The position numbers and the translations under genes were made by a program. A stretch of 56,130 nucleotides of DNA, the filler included, from Sluysia triapertura (taxonomy: Eukaryota), in NCBI GenBank assembly GCA_046118255.1. It is 4 parts of 4 records of this genome, joined end to end, with 100 filler letters (N's around TTAATTAATTAA, not from the genome) between each part and the next. Parts side by side here need not be neighbours in the genome. Positions count along the whole stretch, not along the records: positions 44,130 to 56,130 come from JBJNIA010148497.1; 3 more parts are not named here. One strand, 5' to 3'. The notes beneath the pieces are model-generated. The model had not been told where the DNA came from, did no database searches, and saw nothing but the letters and a program-made list of their open reading frames with translations. Numbering within the stretch: position 1 is the stretch's first letter; each line of letters begins with the position of its first letter. Shown one piece after another: positions 50,555-56,130 of this stretch.

Positions 50555-52135
50555 ACTGAAGTAATAACATAATATTTAATTTTGTTTATTTAATTTATAG
50601 TAATTTTTATACATTACGACATAATTATAAAGAAAATAAATTATAATCAATCTTTATCTTTTAGATAATAGACAAATTAATAAATGTAATTGTATTTAAA
50701 TTTTTATAATATCCACATAATAAGTGTAAGATAATATACCAAAAATTTCATTAAATAATATTGTTGTATTGACGGTTTTATATATTCTACATTAATTAGT
50801 GCCATTTAATTTTCTGATATTAATAAAACTTATAAAGGAGTTTGGATTTATTTACATCTCGAAATCGTAAGTAATATATACCTTTACGTTCTAATTTAAT
50901 TTATACAATTACAAACTCTTTCAAATCCTGAATAATAATAGCGACAATTATAAACCAGAATAAATTAAACTTAATATCGCTAGATCTTTTTATATCGGAT
51001 CATATATAAAATTTTTATTATTCATTAATCTCGCTACAACAGCGGAACCACAAGTCAGTATCATTAACAAATCTTTATTTGACCTCCAAGCTCTTGCATT
51101 TACTTTTCGCTGATACTTACGAGTTGGCCCTTAACTGTGCAAATGTTTTATCTATGAAAACTTAAAACCTACACTTACAAAATAATTCTGGAGGTTAGTT
51201 CGTCTAATAGATACGACCATATCTGAGCGAAGGCGTTCTACTAGGATTTTATAAATTATTACTAAATAGTTGCTTGTGAGAGCTTAATTGTTTTAACAAC
51301 TTGCAAATTTATTATAAACGTTGAGTTTTGAAGGTAATTATGTCACTTACAAATCATGGCTTAGGAAACATTGATGCTTTATCAATTAGGTTAAGCCAGC
51401 CTGTTACGATCTGATTAATGTGTCAAAAATTCAAAGAAATTAATGCTTAATAATGAAATAAAAAATTATTAATTATATGTATTCGGTATGAACAAATAAA
51501 AACTTAATTACTTCAATACAGCAAATTATTATATAACAATAATGAGTTTAATGAGTACTTAAGGGACTTAGTGCTTAAAAGTTAAAGGTTTTAACCTAGC
51601 CTTTAACGGTCTAGGAAAATTAAATAAATTTAAGTGGATTTTATTTTCTCTTACTTACAATCAGAAAAGTATAAAACCTATTTTAAATAATATTACTTGT
51701 TTTTGGCATCATCATCATTAATTCGAATAATGTTAATTATTTCTTATGTCCCTACTAAAAATTCCTCTAGATAATTCTGTGTAATTTACTAAAATTCTTC
51801 TTTTATTTATATAAATTTTACGGCATCCATCTTAACTGATTATAAATTATTTTAAAAACAAACAAAAATTTACTTTTTGTTCTTTATCTTAATAATTTTA
51901 AAATAAAATTATAATTTTCTTATTTATCTAAAGTAAGTTATTCTTATCCTTTTAAATATTAAAAATTTTATAATTTTAATTTTGATTTACAAATTTATGA
52001 TTTTAAAAGTTTATGATTTATATTCTGATTTTAATTTTTACATTTAATATTTTAATTCTTATTATTTATTTAATATAGCAAATATAAGGATTATTTCTGC
52101 AAGTTTCTCAGGCTTAAGCAGGTCATGTTACATCT

Positions 52136-52291
52136 TGTTGGATAAAAGGCCTAAAAGTGCCATATGGTAAAATTGAATTTAATAAAAATAAAATTGTTAG
52201 ACGGGGCTGATAGCCCAATGGTAGAGCATCGACTGTGCAGACGATGGTCCCGGGTTCGATCCCCGGTCAGTCCATTTTACGAAGTCTAACA
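52136..52291 (+). mobile_element. tRNA-containing solo mini-LTR, copy D, TSD ATCT/ATAT
   Basis: TGTTGG...GTCTAACA termini. Removing the element plus one TSD restores the L2 HIYADD frame. Confidence 0.88.
52204..52274 (+). ncRNA. tRNA-like (Cys-related) Pol III cassette inside the mini-LTR; not a canonical tRNA gene
   Basis: Acceptor GGGCTGA/TCAGTCC-A, box A TAGCCCAATGG, T-arm CCGGG-TTCGATC-CCCGG, then TTTT. The anticodon arm is irregular. Confidence 0.7.
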
Positions 52292-53287
52292 ATATATATG
52301 CTGATGACATTCAAATATATACTGAATTTGAAATAAACAACATAGAAAATACTGTTCAACGAATGTTTTGGAAATAAATACTTGAAAATCAATGAAGAAA
52401 AGTCAGAATTTATAAAAACAGCGAAAATACCAAAATAAATGAAACAAAGTTAATTGTAGGTGGTAAGACACTATAAGTGAAGCAAAAAGTTCGAAATATA
52501 GGCTGTTATATTGATTCAAAAATGAACATGGTTTATTGTACTCAATTTCATATAAAAAAGTGAAAAAATTATAATTAATAATTAATCTTGCAGCAAGACT
52601 ATTTCTCCAAGTTGGAAGAAGATCTTGTTGGGATTGTCCAGTTAGTGCATATAAAATAGGTTACAATGTAAGAGAATTTAAAATATGTATAAGAAACGTG
52701 ATACAAAATATAATCATAATTAAATATTTCTGGAGCAAGAATAATTAACAGTAAAATATTTATAATCATTTTGAAACCGAAGAATGCTTTGGAGTTCTAA
52801 AGACCTTTGTAAGGTATTGAGACCCTTGTGAAGACTTAAGTAAGATTTGGAAAGATGTTTTGAGGTATGAAGATATCTTTGAACTTCTGAACCTTCGAGT
52901 AATCTAGTAAAATGTTTAGGACCTTTAAAATTATGGAATTTTGAATTTTTTATACTTAGAATGATGCAAATACAATGAATTAAATATGATATGATTGCTA
53001 TGGAAGAGAAAAATTTAGAAGTGAATTTGAAATGTTTTTAGAGTGGTTTGTTTGAGAATAAGAAGCTTAAACATTTTCCATAAGAAAATTCGGTGTGAAA
53101 AGCCAAAAATCAATTAAATTCTGAAAACTATAATTAATTTCATTATTTTTATGTATGTTAACAATAATAATGATTTTATTTTTGTGTAAGAATTAATCTA
53201 AGTAAAAGTAGAATGAGTAGAATAAAGCAAAAAAACAGATAATCGTAAATCAAGTTTTTGTGTTTTGTATCTAATAAAGTTTGACAG

Positions 53288-54300
53288 TGTGGTGGCCAAC
53301 ATAATAACCTTAACAAATTTTACTAAAATTTCACTTTTAAAACATCAAAATTCTACAAATATTTAAAATATACATTACACATTTTTTTATAAATCTTGTA
53401 AAAACCAATACATCATAACTAAAATGATACCCTTTAACAATATACCACAACCTTATAAAATTCATCACAATTATTTTTATATTTTATTTCTTTTCAAATC
53501 TACAAAAACAGATTTTCACTTTTCAAAACACTTTTCTTAACAAACTATACCATCAATTCACATTAAGAAATCCATTAAGAACATTTATCAAAGTACACTA
53601 AACAGTCATTCAAAATATTTTTATTTTTACATCCTTTCATCTCAAACAATTTAATCACATCCATATTCATAATCAATCAACAAATAAATTTAAACACCAT
53701 AAACCTACATCTTATATTATTTAATCTTAATAAGTGTTTGGTTCAGAAGTATATATATCTTAATAACATTTTAGCTAAAAACATTATCTCAATCAAAACA
53801 TCAGACACAATCATACAATATTACTTAAAACAGTAAAAAAAATCACGTAAAATCACAAAGAAAAGCTTTATCGCTATAAATTCACAAAGCCGAAAGTTCT
53901 CTTCATTTCTACAATTTAGACATGTCGAGAAAGATAAAGAAAAGTAAAGAAAACTCGTGTTATCAAGGAAACACAAGATATTCATGAATTTTTCGATTAA
54001 TAATAATAACACTTCCTTATAATTATCATTATTTTAAACATAATTTAATTAAATTTAATATAAATCAATGCAGCTTATAATCAACTGTGTTACTGTCATC
54101 ATCGGCAGTGACATTTTCCTTTGCATATACAATTCTATGTCACTGTCGATGATGGTAATTATTTAATATCAATTATTATTTAATATCAGTAATTATTTAA
54201 TATCAATTATTAAAAATTAAACTTACCGATTATTGGCTGTCCAACCAAATCTGTAGTTATGTTTATAAATCTAAAAATCATTATGGTTGGATAGCCAATC
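53288..54300 (+). mobile_element. 5' module of family Z, second copy
   Basis: TGTGGTGGCCAAC start, C/A-skewed tract, 18-bp IR CATCATCGGCAGTGACAT/ATGTCACTGTCGATGATG and 16-bp IR ATTGGCTGTCCAACCA/TGGTTGGATAGCCAAT. Confidence 0.65.
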
Positions 54301-54411
54301 GTGATACGAAAGATTTGGCAATGCATTAAAAATTTTCACAATAATAATTTCACAATTGGTGATAAAAACAGTAGCAATATTTTAGTACAATTAAATATTG
54401 CTTTTCTTATA

Positions 54412-55497
54412 ATGCTATATCACAAGGCTCTGTACTTTGGTAACTATGTTTATGAGGATGTAGTTTGCGTTAAACACTGTTATAAAAACAACAAGGATCG
54501 TAAAGATTATATTCGCAAAGTCATCACTTACAATATTTATTATTATGAAATTGAAGATGTTAACCTCTACGTTAAATGTCACTTTGACAGTTTTAAATTT
54601 TGTAACAACAATGACGAGTTTTCTTTTAGTTCTAAAGACGATCACAACTATTTCAAGTTCCTTAAAGATAGAATTAATAGCAACCATTACAAACATCAGG
54701 TAAGTAATGACGAAACTGTTAACAGTTATTTAGTCATTAAAAATCATGAATATATAAATGATGGCTATTCTTTCGACCATTTCAAAAATGATAATAATTG
54801 AGTAAGCTATTTCGAAGGGAGTAATGATTTCATTCAGAACCATTTAGTTAAAAGATATGATAACGATGATTATAGATACTTTGATTTTTTAGTTAAATGA
54901 TATGATAACGTTGATTATAAATACTTTCATTCTTTAGTTAAAAGATATGATAACGATTATTACAAATACATTAGTTTTAAAGTTAAAAACTATGTCAACT
55001 GTGATGATTACTATCAAGACGACAAATATAAAGTTAAACATGGTCACAACTATCCCAAACATGTGGATGACTATGGCGAACATGATAAAGACAATGATTA
55101 TGATGACAACACCAAAGAGTAATAATGTCAAAAATTTTCTTAAACAATACAATGAGTATCATCACAACTTCACACAATATCCTGACGAGGAAGATTATAA
55201 AATCCAACATAACTTCCATGATCTCAGAGAAACGGATTCTATTATAAAGGAAAATTATTCGGGTAAAGCCATTGCCTTCTGCCCATTTTCTGCGATGACC
55301 AAGGATGTTGTCTAATGAATGGCGTAAAGTGCCGATATGCACACAAGTTGAACGATTCCGAAATCAAACAACTGTTTCAGAATGTAAAGTCATGGTTAAC
55401 TACACATGTCCAAAGCAATATCCTATCTAAGATTAACAAAGTAATTACCATTTTTCATTATAGTAATGTTGCGTCTTTAAAACTTATTAAATATTAA
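54412..55497 (+). pseudogene. Disrupted cargo ORF with D/Y/F-rich repeats and a CCCH-like zinc finger
   Basis: Repeats DHNYFKFLKDR / DYRYFDFLVK / DYKYFHSLVKRY. One frameshift joins CPFSAMT to GCCLMNGVKCRYAH at 55280-55344. Confidence 0.6.
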
Positions 55498-56130
55498 ACC
55501 CACTATTTTTATGTTAATCAGTTTAAACCTTAATAATTTCAGTAGTTGGTATATCAAATATAATTTTATTATCTTCTACCTTTGTAATTATATCAAAAAC
55601 TATTATCCCAAGTTCAAGTCCTTGAAATCAAAATCAAAACTAAGTCGAAATTGTACTATAAAGTAAAATAAAATTCGTAATACAATTTATTATCAATAAA
55701 AATCTTTACTAAATGCTGATAATCACTCAAATGACAAAAAATGACAATAATGTTTATAATAAAGTTAAAAACACTAAAATCCAAACAAAACAACCAGGAG
55801 TGACGCAACAACCGAAAAGATTTGGATATCCAGAAAGTTTACAATATTAATCTTAAATAAAAATATTTTTTAAAAATACATTGGGTAGCTTGTTGTTCTC
55901 TAAAATCACTTTAAAATAGCTGAAAATCAAAAGTATTTTAAATATATAATTGTTAACAAAATTTGGGCAGAGTGGTGTTTCTAAAATTGCTTTTAAATAA
56001 CTAAAAATCAAAGATAATTTTAAATATAATTCTTAATAAAAATCGGGCAAAGTATTGTTTCTAAAATTACGCAATATTAAAATTATTCAAATTAAAATAT
56101 AATTAGTAAGTAATATTATTTTAATAAAAT

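Larger units (their letters stand above)
52098..52760 (+). mobile_element. L2/CR1 LINE RT relic interrupted by a mini-LTR
   Basis: QVMLH|IYADDIQIY across the insertion, then VRNIGCYIDS and AARLFLQVGRR. Confidence 0.8.

Noticed and set aside
52204-52274. Functional tRNA gene or ordinary tRNA-SINE
   Set aside because: The anticodon arm is irregular and variable between copies, and the cassette is internal to a TG...CA unit with a 4-bp TSD.

Overview
Very AT-rich animal genomic DNA. It consists of four contigs joined by artificial 100-nt linkers (N44-TTAATTAATTAA-N44), so adjacency across the gaps is not guaranteed. Host genes appear only as partial exon sets: TRAPPC8 (minus, with a 34-nt intron), the C-terminal tail of a KIF26 kinesin (plus) and an anoctamin/TMEM16 (minus). 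Most of the rest is decayed transposable elements: two Gypsy relics, L2/CR1 LINE fragments, Tc1/mariner and piggyBac relics and MITEs, and a Stowaway-like TIR. Four signals stand out. (1) Four copies of a ~160-170 bp TG...CA mini-LTR containing a tRNA-like Pol III cassette, two with 4-bp TSDs (Helenus-like TRIM). (2) A Gypsy-associated accessory module: promoter, an array of GGTTC-loop-GAACC+AAAATC hairpins, a covarying TCCAACGG stem and an orphan ORF. (3) A shared ~1 kb 5' module with palindromic promoter elements that precedes two different RNA-related cargo genes (a DEAD-box helicase and a CCCH zinc finger). (4) An intact 590-aa orphan repeat protein. All calls were made by eye, with no database searches.
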